Origin: Lingula anatina | Taxonomy: Eukaryota; Animalia; Brachiopoda | Assembly: GCA_051362555.1 (NCBI GenBank) | Contig: CM120642.1 | Coordinates: forward strand, 30,628,001 to 30,692,000 | Direction: 5' to 3' | Length of the DNA: 64,000 nucleotides | Shown here: positions 1 through 11,221 of the stretch, in pieces | How the letters are laid out: each line of letters begins with the position of its first letter | Numbering within the stretch: the first letter of the stretch is position 1 | Made by a program: the position numbers and the translations under genes | Notes under the pieces: generated by a model | The model's database searches: none | Seen by the model: the letters and a program-made list of their open reading frames with translations, nothing else | What the model was told of the DNA's origin: nothing

Positions 1-447
1 GCACAATGTTTTTATATGTAATTATGCAGTTTCAATTTTGATTAATGAATTTTCTTTTATCTGCATGGTCATTTTCCGAACATTTGTATAAGCCACGAAA
101 TATTTCTCATCGGAAAATCACCCAGCAGCTTTCCAAGTACAAGCGAGTGACGTCATGACGCACTTCCGGTTTTCGTCGAGATCTTGAAGGGATTAACGTT
201 ACGGTTTGCTGCACATTTAAAGCGTTCTGTCTCAAAATGTACTCAACTGCTTGGATTGAAATTTTCAGAACTTATTCTTCACATGATGTCACACATATGT
301 GCTTAATTTAAGAGCTTTAGCTGTTATATGTTTTCTATAGTGCCCATTCAAATTTGAAAAAGAGCTATTTTCCGTCGATTTCTTGAAGGGCAAGTCTATG
401 GTCTTGTCTATTTTAGTCTCATTATTTTGTAATTTTTTTCCTTTCAG

Positions 448-3400
448 GTGTTTTGTTGGTTTTCTTGTTCTTCTTGTTGCCATGGGAACAGTCTATGACA
501 TTTACGTTCAGCATGCGATGACCCAGTTTAATACTGTGCAGATTAGGGTCCCCTACGAAACTGTGAATAACAGCGCTGGCAACGCAGGAGAGCATGCGTT
601 ACGAGTTGGTGAATATGCGCCCATACATGACCAGGCCCAGTATCCCGCTGTTGCCAATAAATCTTTATCACCACCAAGTTATAGGGGTTAGTATAGGCTG
701 ATTTAGTTGTAAAATTTGCTTTAACATTATCTTGGAAACGGATGTTTTGATTACAAACTATTACCTATTGTATGCCCTCTAGGAAGCAAATGTTACCCCC
801 CTTTTCATTGACATCCCTTTGATCACTTTATCCAGAGTTTACTAGTTAAAGCCATGCTGTTTATAAAATAAGATAATTTATTCAGTCAATACATATTTAT
901 TAGTATTGATAATTCATTTTTACACAGATGTACATTCTTATTATCATTTTCTATATTTCATTTCAGGCACAATTCATAAAATTATCATAGCTTTTTCTAT
1001 GTACACCAACGGTGCAAAAGTTCTGAACACCAGGCAAGGCAGTGGCGCTCTCACTTGTGTCAATGGAATTCGATTTCTAAGTCTCTCCTGGGTTATTTGG
1101 GGACACACCTATGCTTTCATAGTGTTTTTTGTTGGTAGGTTTTGGTAGGTTTTCATAATAGTTTTTAAGATGATTATGTAATGATTATTGAACCAGTATC
1201 TATGTTAACTTTAATGGATTTTTCTTACGTGAATGCAAGTTTGCAATGGACATTTTACATTTAATGCTAGTTATGATTTTTTTTTTTTGGGGGGGGGGGG
1301 GGGGGGTTTGATTGCTGTTATGTGATGTGAGGTATCAACGGTGAGCAAATTAATACGACTCCTTGTTTTATAAAGTGTCCTTTAGACCTGCTTAACTGTG
1401 TTCCACAGTTACTGTACAAATATCGCACATGTACTTCTCTTCAACATGGGTTCCAGGGTAACTTGATATTTGACCCCTACTACTAGCTAGTCTGCTACTG
1501 CCCTCTGCAAGCTTTTCTTAATATATGCACACATATCTTCTATGCTCTATAGCATTTAAAACATTTGCCAAAATGGGCATCCATCACATTACTGCACTTG
1601 TAAGGATATGACTGATGGATAGAAAATTAGTAGTTGCAGAAAACATATAATTATAACTTTCAATTAATTTATTATATTCTCTCGGCTTTGATGTGCAGGT
1701 ATATTTGTTGGACATATTTTTTTAGGTACACGTACAATGTGTTTACCTTTAACATCATACTAGTATATACTTACTTTAGCTGTCTTGACTTTTTCTTCAA
1801 TAACTTTTGGAAATTGTTTTCAGATAATCTAGCACCTGTTTACCAGGACCTGACAAAACGTTGGACAATGCAGGTCTTATTGCAGGGTACCTTCTCTGTG
1901 GACACCTTCTTTGTCTTAAGGCAAGTAGACTGATCATCAGTATAATCCTCTTGATGGTTCAGATACAGGGTTGCCATGTCTACACACTAACACATTCTCT
2001 TGGATATCTACATGTGTCTACAGGGTTGTATGTACTGTTTTGACTGTTTCATTTACATTGCAGTGGGTTACACAGAGGAGCAGAAGTGCTTTCCCTAAAC
2101 CTAAATTGATTATGGGTCAGACAGCTCGTTTAAGTGAAAATTAAAAGTTTGGTGATGATTGAAATTGAAGTTTATGGAAATTAAGTTTTATGTTTGACTT
2201 ATCGATATATGCTTTATGAATTTTCAAGAATTATTTGGTAACACCTTATGTTTGTTTGACCCCCCCACCACACACACACACATGCACGCACGCACGCACA
2301 CACACACGCACGCACACACACTCACACACGCACGCACACACACACACATGCATGTCAAGTTTATGCGCTATAAAATACATGTGGATAAAGGGGAGAGTAA
2401 AAATGAGTAATGCAGTAAACTTTACTAATAATTTATTTTTTCAGTGGTCTTCTTGTCACATACCTAACACTGAGAGAGATGAAGAAGGGGAGTGGTAGTT
2501 TCAGGATTAACTGGGGACTATATTATTTCCACAGATTCTGGAGGTAAAACTGTGACATAATTCTGTGCACAGGGCACCAATGATTCATGAAGAAACAAAT
2601 AAACCATAATGAGAATAAAAAATGATGAAATGCGTTAGTTGTGAATCCATGAAAATGAACCAGTCTCAACCAACACATTGCTGTTTATTCCTTCAGGTTG
2701 ACTCCCCCTTACATGTTGGTGTTGATGGTGTATGCAGTGACCACCAAATACTGGGCAACTGGACCTTTGTGGCCAGAACAGGGAGCAATGGATCAGTTCT
2801 GTAATGAAACGTGGTGGACAAATCTTCTATATGTAAACAATTTTGTACAAATGGATAAAATGGTAAGCAATGCTGCCACAACATGCACATCTTTATGAAC
2901 ACTAATATGTACATTTGTGAGATTTTCTTTTAAATTTTTATCAAGTGACAGTGTTGTGACGTTGTTCAATTTTCTATTTGAACTTTTCATGAAGACATTT
3001 TGCCTCAAATGAATGCAAGCCAGACTTCTTTTATGTCTACCTATGCCATATATTATTATATATTAATCTAAATAATCAGTACAGTTACTGTGAACAGGTA
3101 CTTCTTGTAGCTCTTAACCAGATGGGTCCACAGTTTGCAGTCATAGAAGTCGGGGCATAGATTGATTTTATGACATACTGTGAACCTTGCAGTTTTTTTT
3201 TAGTTAACATTATTTTTTCTTATGCATATATAGCTACATATGTATTAGCTGTCTCATAAATACCTCAAGGTTTTGTATTGGGTAGTTAAAAGTTAAAACT
3301 TTATATTAAGAAAGCTGAAGGTTTTACAAAGATACACACTCCTGCTAATACATGTAGATCTTCACATACATAATGAACAAAAAATTAAACCATGCTTCTC

Positions 3401-3702
3401 TAAAAAGTGAAACTTCATATATATGCTTTTTTATGGTTTTATTTTTTGGGTGTTTTTAAATGTGCTTGATAGATTGTTTTCTTCTAGTGCATGGGTTGGT
3501 CCTGGTACCTCTCCAATGACATGCAGTTCTATGTTGTTAGTCCTCTGATTCTTATTCCTCTGTTTTGGTAAGTCAGTGGCAAGTCATTTATATTTATGTA
3601 TTTGAATTTTGACAGGCTGGGTTGCTGGGCAATTTTAGATTAAACTTTTACACAATTTGTTACCTTGTAGCTGTATCTCTCTCTCTCACACACAATAACA
3701 TG

Positions 3703-3733
<31 letters not shown>

Positions 3734-6168
3734 ACACACACACTTTCTTGGGTAACGAGTCAGCTGTATTGAAAGATTTATAAACTTTTATCACATACAA
3801 GTAATGTGAACAAGATGAGTAATCCAATACTTTCTTTCTTTCATGCCCTCAAAAAATGTAGGCATATAGTTGCAGGTGGGGCTATGTTGCTGTACTTCTT
3901 GTTGGCAAGCGTGATATATACAGGGTTGATGTGCTCCATTCACAATTTTGGACCAGGATTGGCAACTCAGAGTGATCAGTAAGTCCATGTAGCTTCAAGG
4001 GTGCATTCAGTTGCAGTTGATCCAAGGACTAGCTAGTCTGCGGATCAAATATGGCGCCACTCACTTGAAAACATGCATTTAACCGCTCTGCTTCTGCTGG
4101 GGTGGCGAGCATGGGAGGCAGGAATCCATTGTCCAGTGTACGCCATATTTGATCCAGGGACTAGTTAGTCTGCAGATCGACCAGTTCTGACTGCACCCTA
4201 AGTATTTGATGACTGACACTCAGACAGTCTTGTCTTAAAATTTTGATTTCAAAGAAATGGAACACAGTAATAGTGATTTGGGCTTAAACACTTTCTTTTT
4301 GACAATAAACAGTAGGGCCTTTGTATCTTGACATCAGCTATTACATGAGACTGAAATTAGTATCAATTGACAAAATACACATTCATGATTTAATTTTTAT
4401 CAGATCAGAGGCACTCTACGTAGTCTTTAAATAAAATTGTAATTTCCACTTGCAGGCTGACCTACTTTGATTTAGTTTACATCAAGCCCTATGCCAGAAT
4501 AGGGCCCTATCTTATGGGCATGGTTGTAGGTTATGTGCTGTACCTCACGGAGTGCAAGCCTAAGATGAACAAGGTGAGTGTGTATGGTAACTCATGTCAT
4601 CACTGACCATCTATTAAACACATATAATCATGTCAACCCTCATCATTTTCTTTGATCACATATTTTTTTATAAGTTGCATCATTTTCCCTTGAAGTTTCA
4701 TTATTTTATATCTTTTTTTTTAATAGAATTTTTAATATCTTCTAGATGATAGCCTTGGGAGGATGGGTTGTGGCCACAGCATGTGCCTTAGCAGTCGTCT
4801 ACGGTGTATATGACGTATACCAGGGTCACCCGCTGAGCAACGATGTTGGTGCATTTTACAATACAATGTCAAGAACGGTGTGGGGCGCATGTGTTGGTTG
4901 GGTTATATATGCCTGCTGTACTGGATATGGAGGTGAGCATATTTTTAATTTACGTCCCCATTTTGAGTCAAGTGTGCATGTCACTTGATGCCACAAGAAT
5001 GGCCACAGGGATTTGAATAGTTTTGTTCTGACAGAGAGAGCTAAGTGGCCTGAGATACATAATTTAGATTTACAGTGTCATGGATTATTGATTGAAGTAA
5101 TGGGTTGGTCTTGTGACACAGTTATGATGAAGAAGGACCTCGCCATGGTCTCATTTCAGTTAGTATGCACTTAATTAAGGATTGATACGCTTTAAAGGCC
5201 TACATTTGGGAGCATAGCTTCTTCCCTGCTTCCTTTTTTTTAAGGAAAAAAATACTAACATATTGCAGCAAATATTTGTTAAACATTAAATTTAGTCACT
5301 TTTTAAACACCATACTTGTTTTTATTAACATACGTAAATTATTATTTTAGGGTTTGTGAACACACTGCTGTCTTGGGGTGCTTTTGTCCCTTTGGGTCGA
5401 CTGACATACTGTGCATATCTAATTCATCCCATCATCATGTTTGTTGTTTACTCTGTTCGAGAAAGACTGATATTTGTGACAGATGTGTCAGCGGTGAGAA
5501 ATTTATGATATCAAAGTATTCACTTTAAGAATTTAATTCAAACCAAAATTACTTAATATTACCTTGGTCTGTCTGAATTAAGTACTACCAGTAGTAATTA
5601 TGTGCATATACAGAAGTTTATTAATGATTTGACTTTTCTATTAAAAGTTAATTATTGATGATAAGTAACTATTTAGAAAGTAATTTATTTGTAAACTTAA
5701 GAGTATTTTATACTTGTGTGTTTTTTAAAATTCTCAAAGTTAATCAACTATCAAAAATAATGGGAATAACATTCTGTCAGTATAGTCTAGTAAATTTTAA
5801 AATAAACAAATGCATTTAATATATTTCATATTCCCAGAAACATTTGCATATTAATGTTTTGAAACGTACTTAAGTATACACATCCATTTGAACTAGGATC
5901 ATAAGATAGTAGAATTACAGAAAACCCCTCCGTGTTGCAGGCCAATCTCCAATCTGAAATATTTCTACTAATGTGTTCACAGCATGGCTATTGGGCTATT
6001 ATTGCATACATGACCAGCTCATTTTTCTTTTTTTTTTCTTTTTAGACTTACTTCTTTTTTGGCCACATGGTGATGACATATGGTTGTGCATTTGTTGTGT
6101 CCATGGTCTTTGAGGCACCAATGATGGGTTTGGAGAAAGCTATATTAAACAGAGATAAATCAGTTTAG
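448..6168 (+). CDS. nrf-6: NRF-6/OACYL-like membrane O-acyltransferase (acyltransferase-3 family), 3' part; 5' exons lie upstream of the window
   Basis: Exons joined in frame: 448-686, 967-1134, 1824-1920, 2445-2543, 2697-2862, 3488-3567, 3862-3978, 4456-4573, 4746-4932, 5351-5493, 6046-6168 (TAG). Family motifs: CVNGIRFLSLSWVIWGH, SVDTFFVLSGLLV, YFHRFWRLTPPY, WWTNLLYVNN, CMGWSWYLSNDMQFY, YIKPYARIGPY, LGRLTYCAYLIHP, FEAPMMGLEK. Symbol is family-level. Confidence 0.93.
2267..2349. repeat. (CA)n/(CACG)n compound microsatellite, intronic
   Basis: Visible directly; produces the spurious THTH-type ORFs at 2216 and 2235. Confidence 0.95.
3999..4198. mobile_element. MITE with ~60-bp imperfect terminal inverted repeats (PIF/Harbinger-like)
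   Basis: Left end GGGTGCATTCAG...GGATCAAATATGGCG matches the reverse complement of the right end CGCCATATTTGATCC...CTGACTGCACCC; flanks CAA/TAA resemble a degenerate 3-bp TAA TSD. Confidence 0.75.
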
Positions 6169-6265
6169 ATTGACAGGAGAGTCATATGACTGTAAGCTGC
6201 TGCCATCTAGTGATAGAAATGTACACAATGATCATCTTAAACAGCGTTCAGATTCAAACATTGTA

Positions 6266-6491
6266 CCAGCAGGATGGATCCATTTCTGTGGGGATTTTTG
6301 CTAAATTGCATTCAGTGTAATCAGTTTAATTGTCTGAAACATTTCCTTGAAAAGCTAGGGGGTAATTAACTTTCGCGTGCACTCAGCTTAATTACCCCCT
6401 AACAGCTTGACTAGGTGTGTGATACACTTTAGCCGATGACAGCGATTGCACTTAGGGAGAATCTCCCGCAGAGTTGGATCAATCCAGCTAA
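6266..6491. repeat. Dispersed palindromic repeat family, copy 1 (downstream of acyltransferase stop codon)
   Basis: Shares CAGGAT(C/G)GA, GCTAAATT(G/A)CA, AGGGGGTAATTAACT and GAGAATC blocks with the copies at 42311-42541 and 55926-56160. Confidence 0.7.
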
Positions 6492-8058
6492 TATGATGGG
6501 TTTTTTGAATGCTCCCTTATTTTGCTCATAATGATTTGGCTTCAATTAGCTTTAATAATTTGATGGATGTTGCATTTTATGTTACTGTTAAAGGAGACAT
6601 ATATCTTTTCATTGTTATCTTTTTAGTCTTATGCATATCTATGAAGTGTGGAGCGCTATATCTTGTTATTAACCAAATTTCAATCAATGACATATCACTG
6701 AAGTCTTATGGTGCATTTAGAACGAGTTGATTAGTGTGGCAGCCATATTTCATCCACAATTCTGTAAGTATATGTACGTGTATCAACTTAGGTTGTGAAT
6801 GCAGATTTACATGTATGACTATGGTAATTCCATGATAAACACTTTGTCAATTATAAGCATGGATGTCTATATATGGAGTTTGGTCACAGTCAGTGGCAGC
6901 ACAAAAAACTGCCATTAATTTATATGTGAACTGATTTATAATTATTTTCATTAAATGAATACCCTGGGTTACAATTCTCAAAAGACAAAAATCACCTGTA
7001 CTTATCTATCACTTGTTGAAGTTTACATTGGTCTCTGGGAAAGCAAGATAGCCCTCAGATGGGACAAAACTCAGGATGCAATTTATTGCGCTCAGCTCCT
7101 AATCTGTCTCTAGACACTCACAAATCTGAATGTTTATTTTTAATGAACTTTTGGTTTTGTATGCCTCGTCAGGAATAACACTACCTAACCTTACATGCCT
7201 TATGATCAGGAATCATTTTGTTTTGATTGTCTGATACTTCCACCCATTCCATGGAAACCCATTTACATTTATACCACTATAAACTAAAATATCTTATAAA
7301 CCACCTTTAACAAAGACACTAGAGGTCGCTGCTGGGCAAGACCAATAGGAGCTATTGTTCCCAGACTGTAGTTCATAAACGTAAGTTATTAAAATGTTAG
7401 CTGAAGTGCTTTATATATATTTATGTAAGATTGAAGTTTTATGTTTATTTCACAGCTTTTAGCGTTTCTCAAACTTCAAAACTTTTCATGCTATATTATA
7501 TACAGAATCATGATGATATGCATTTACAGCTTTTAATATTTATATGATATCTTAGATATTTACTTTAAGCTTTTTATATTAGCTAGGTCTGATTGTTGTT
7601 TCTTCTGGTTGTGAAATGCTACTACCCATCAAGACAGAAAAGCAAGCAAAATGTGCAAGAATTGCTTTTGTTTATACAGTCATTGGTTTTATGGCTTTTT
7701 ACAAAATAGAAAAAAGGACGATTTACAAACTCACATTTGTATTCATTATATATGCATACATATAAAGGGTGGAGCGCTAGCTATCATAAAATAGCTTATA
7801 CAGTGACTAAAAAATTGTGTTATATTCATCTAGTCAATTTTGAGAGTACTTTGTTTTTAGGGTTTTAGACCGTCATCTTTGTTTGATAAAAATCTGTCTC
7901 TTATTCATGCATTTCCGTTTGTTTGTTTTTTTCCCTCTAATTTTAAGTCTTTGTTGTACTTTGGAGGGGTGGGGGAGATAAATCATGATGTACCAGCATG
8001 TATGTTGGGCTTCTTCTTTTAAATAGATTTTCAATCTGCAATAAGCTGAAATAAAGGC

Positions 8059-8152
8059 TTGTCGTACATACACTTTTACTTTTTCTTTTTTTGAATTAAT
8101 GTCTGTAGCGATTAATTCAAAAAAAGAAAAAGTAAAAGTGTATATGCGACAA
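8059..8152. repeat. Near-perfect 42-bp inverted repeat (hairpin, 10-nt loop)
   Basis: 8059-8100 TTGTCGTACATACACTTTTAC...GAATTAAT pairs with 8111-8152 ATTAATTC...GTAAAAGTGTATATGCGACAA. Confidence 0.9.
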
Positions 8153-8559
8153 TAACAAGCATTAGTTTTTAAGATATTACAGCCAGGCGTTTAATTTCCA
8201 GCCTTTTTGTTTTATTTTAAAATTGAACCAGCATAATTCTCTTTATAGTTTTTTGTCAAAATCATGATCATATCAAAGCGGCGCATTGGAGAAACGAATT
8301 TTACTCCTTTTTTCTTTCTTCTTTTTGTTGGGGGTGGGGTAGATACTTTAAATAATAAAATTGAAGAAACAAAAACTTTTCCTGCTTTAGACCAAACTTT
8401 GTTTATTAGATTTTCGACAATGATTTCCATTAACCACGCTCAATGAACTGAAGCTGTTTTCATAACGGCTGGAATCGCTTTTATCATCTGATTTGTATTA
8501 ACTTCAGTTTTATCTTAGATCTCCAAATACGTCCATTCAAAATAAATCATTGTTTAGAT

Positions 8560-9804
8560 CTATATTGTGACGGCGTCTGGAATAAACGTGGGTTCCGCCT
8601 CTAGCGTCCCGTACAAAAGTTGACGCACATCAGCGCGTTGTCGCCAGGTTAAAATATGCCGAATAACAGGACGGGCAGTATCGAAGCACTTCATAATGAA
8701 CTTTGTAGACACCCTGTATTCCATGTAAAACTTGCGGCTCGCCAAGCCCTGTGTGATTCCGTCGTAACGTGTCTTCTTCCTGAAAGTCTGTAAAAGAAAA
8801 ACAAACCCGGATTTCATAGTCCTAACTTGTATACCCTCGCGAAGTGCCGCTCGAAAATAATCACGCGTTATTTCAAATTTCCCAGAATCGCTGTAATCCG
8901 TTTGTGTGGTGTCACGAGTTGTGTTTACGGTGACGGCATTACACTGAATCCGGTTGGAGTTGTACAACATTGTCGCTGAATGTATCACGAACCACTGGGA
9001 AAACCACCAGGAATATCGGTCCAGGCGATCGATGTAGGGCAGCAAAAATGACAACGTGTGGCGGTGAAATGCATTGACAATCCCATCGAACTTGTAATTG
9101 ATGTTCACTGGGGACGATACGTTTATATAATTTGTCCTAAAATGAGGATAGCCAACAGCTGGTTCGAAGTCCAACAGAAACAGTTCAAAACGGTCGAATG
9201 GATTGTCCGGCAAGTCGGCTCTCCAAGTTCGTTTTTTATCATTATTAACCGAAAGTTCCGCGTCACCATCCATGAAAATGTAGTAAAGGTACCCTCCATC
9301 TTCCCTTGCCGCTGACCTACCGATTGCTTCGCTCAGCAGCCTGTTTCGACCCTCAGTCCAACTGCAATTTGGAAAGAAAATATCCCCAGAAGCTTTTTTA
9401 CGCGTCAACCAAATAATATCTCGATCCTGGGTCTCTTGGAGGTAATTTATTGAATGAGTTTCGGGTCCCTGGATAAGATAAACGAAGCGGGCTGCCCGTG
9501 GTGTTTCACTTTGACCATTCACGTGAGCAATTTTCAAATATTTTACCTCAGTGCCTTTTCTTTTGCTTGGCCCAAAGTCTTGCGCATATTCTCTCTCATC
9601 CTCTGTGCTTTCCCTTGATCTGACGACATATTTTAATTCAGCCGTTTTGCTTGCTGAGTTTCTTTCTTTCCCTGCAGCAATGGGCACGTGGTCGACGGAA
9701 GCACGTTGCATCGTAACCATAGTAACCGCAATGGGAAGGGCAACAAGCAGCGTCTTTGCTAAACGAGCAAGAGTAAACCTGGAGAACGCTCTGAGAAACG
9801 CCAT
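8560..9804 (-). CDS. Intronless 414-aa uncharacterised type II membrane protein, putative GT-A-fold glycosyltransferase
   Basis: Single ORF from ATG at 9804 (MAFLRAFSRF...). Short basic N-terminus, hydrophobic anchor (TLLVALPIAVTMVTM), low-complexity stem, then FVYLIQG...SWTEGRNRLL...YLYYIFMDGD, which resembles the GT2-type RN helix plus beta-strand DxD. The coding call is strong; the function is inferred. Confidence 0.8.
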   Translation of the reverse strand: MAFLRAFSRFTLARLAKTLLVALPIAVTMVTMQRASVDHVPIAAGKERNSASKTAELKYVVRSRESTEDEREYAQDFGPSKRKGTEVKYLKIAHVNGQSETPRAARFVYLIQGPETHSINYLQETQDRDIIWLTRKKASGDIFFPNCSWTEGRNRLLSEAIGRSAAREDGGYLYYIFMDGDAELSVNNDKKRTWRADLPDNPFDRFELFLLDFEPAVGYPHFRTNYINVSSPVNINYKFDGIVNAFHRHTLSFLLPYIDRLDRYSWWFSQWFVIHSATMLYNSNRIQCNAVTVNTTRDTTQTDYSDSGKFEITRDYFRAALREGIQVRTMKSGFVFLLQTFRKKTRYDGITQGLASRKFYMEYRVSTKFIMKCFDTARPVIRHILTWRQRADVRQLLYGTLEAEPTFIPDAVTI

Positions 9805-10500
9805 GTTTGGGCGTGTAAGAAAGTACAGCTGATGTGAGTCGAGGAAGAGCAGAGAGAGCACCGTGTCCTATGCGTTTGCCAATGAGGTTTTCACCCTGAG
9901 AACCGCAGGTCGCTTTCAGGGCTCGCTGTTGTGACAGTGCCACTGGTCTCAGAGTTCCGTTTATGTTCAGAAATGGTAATAGTATTAAATTATCACATTT
10001 GTCAATAAAATGTCAATTTATTAGCCCTAATACATTTTTCTTAAAAAAATGTCGATTGAAACCATAGACGACCGCAATAGATAATTAGCTCTATCTCGTT
10101 CCCGACATAAAAAGATTTTTTGGATTTCGACAAAAAAAAGCATCACGTGTAGCTTTTTTTGAAAAAATGCTGCCTTGGTAATCAAAATCTTTCGTAAACT
10201 TTTCCTACCTGTCTAGTAAGCATTGGCTTGACATATCGTCAATATCTTGAAACCCAGGGTATCAATTTCTTCGCCCTTTGCGCATGATCCGTACTTAAAA
10301 GTTATCACTGACGATTAATTAACCTACTTTTCATAAAGTCAAGCGTCTCGCTTTCAAACCAGTGTGTCATTGGTTGAAAAATAAGTTGGCAGTTGCGGAC
10401 GCTTGAGTGGTGTTACTGTTCCTCGTGTCACACCCATCGACATTTGTAGACCCGAGCAGTACGACGCGGTAGCAGCATCTTGACGGTCTCTAGAATCGCC
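9805..10500. promoter_or_regulatory. Putative bidirectional promoter/5' UTR region between the GT-like gene and the transporter
   Basis: Divergent start codons ~700 bp apart; CpG-containing; ATTGG (CCAAT) boxes near 10222 and 10369; E-box CACGTG at 10144; strong Kozak GCCATGG at 10498-10504. Confidence 0.5.
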
Positions 10501-11175
10501 ATGGTGGGCCTCCTCAACTATCGGGCGAGGGGCATCGCCCTTCTGCTTTTGAGCGCCTTTTTGGCCTCAGGAGTGTACGCCAGTGATAAATGTGACGCGC
10601 ACCAGTATTTCGAAGAGGGCCATGATGTGATTGAAACATGGAGACTCGTACTTGGTAAGTTTTTCGACCGGCGTCATTGCCCGTAATCATTGTCCAGTTC
10701 AAAGTGGTGGGCTAGGTTTTTGGGTGTATAAATAGTAAGTATTTAAATTGCCAATGCACGATTTCAACAAAAGGAAAATTGAAGTTGACGCTGAAAGTCC
10801 ATGAAAAACTGAAAATGCGATCAAAATCGGTTTTTATTGCGTATCGCCTTCTGTACCTTGTAATATGGAACTTGACAGTTCACGTTACCTTTAAAAAGTT
10901 CATTTCCTGGAATGTTAATATCACCTAGATGAGCTTTTATTCTAAATGCTATGACCCAACAGAAAAATTGGTGTTAAACAATAGGGGAATAAAGGAACGC
11001 TTGAATAATAGAAAACACCAACAAATAAAATAAGAAAAAATGAAAGCTATAGAATACAAAAGAAATGGATATTGAGAACTAAAAATAGCTTGACTGTTGA
11101 AACGGTGTATCCCACAAATGGTACAAAAGCGGGTCGTACAAAATTGTCCAGACCAGTCCTGAGATGTTTTAAACA

Positions 11176-11221
<46 letters not shown>

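Noticed and set aside
6648-7780. Recurring GTGGAGCGCTA motif (6648, 7769, also 57957)
   Set aside because: An 11-mer with no shared flanks; cannot be distinguished from chance or assigned a function.
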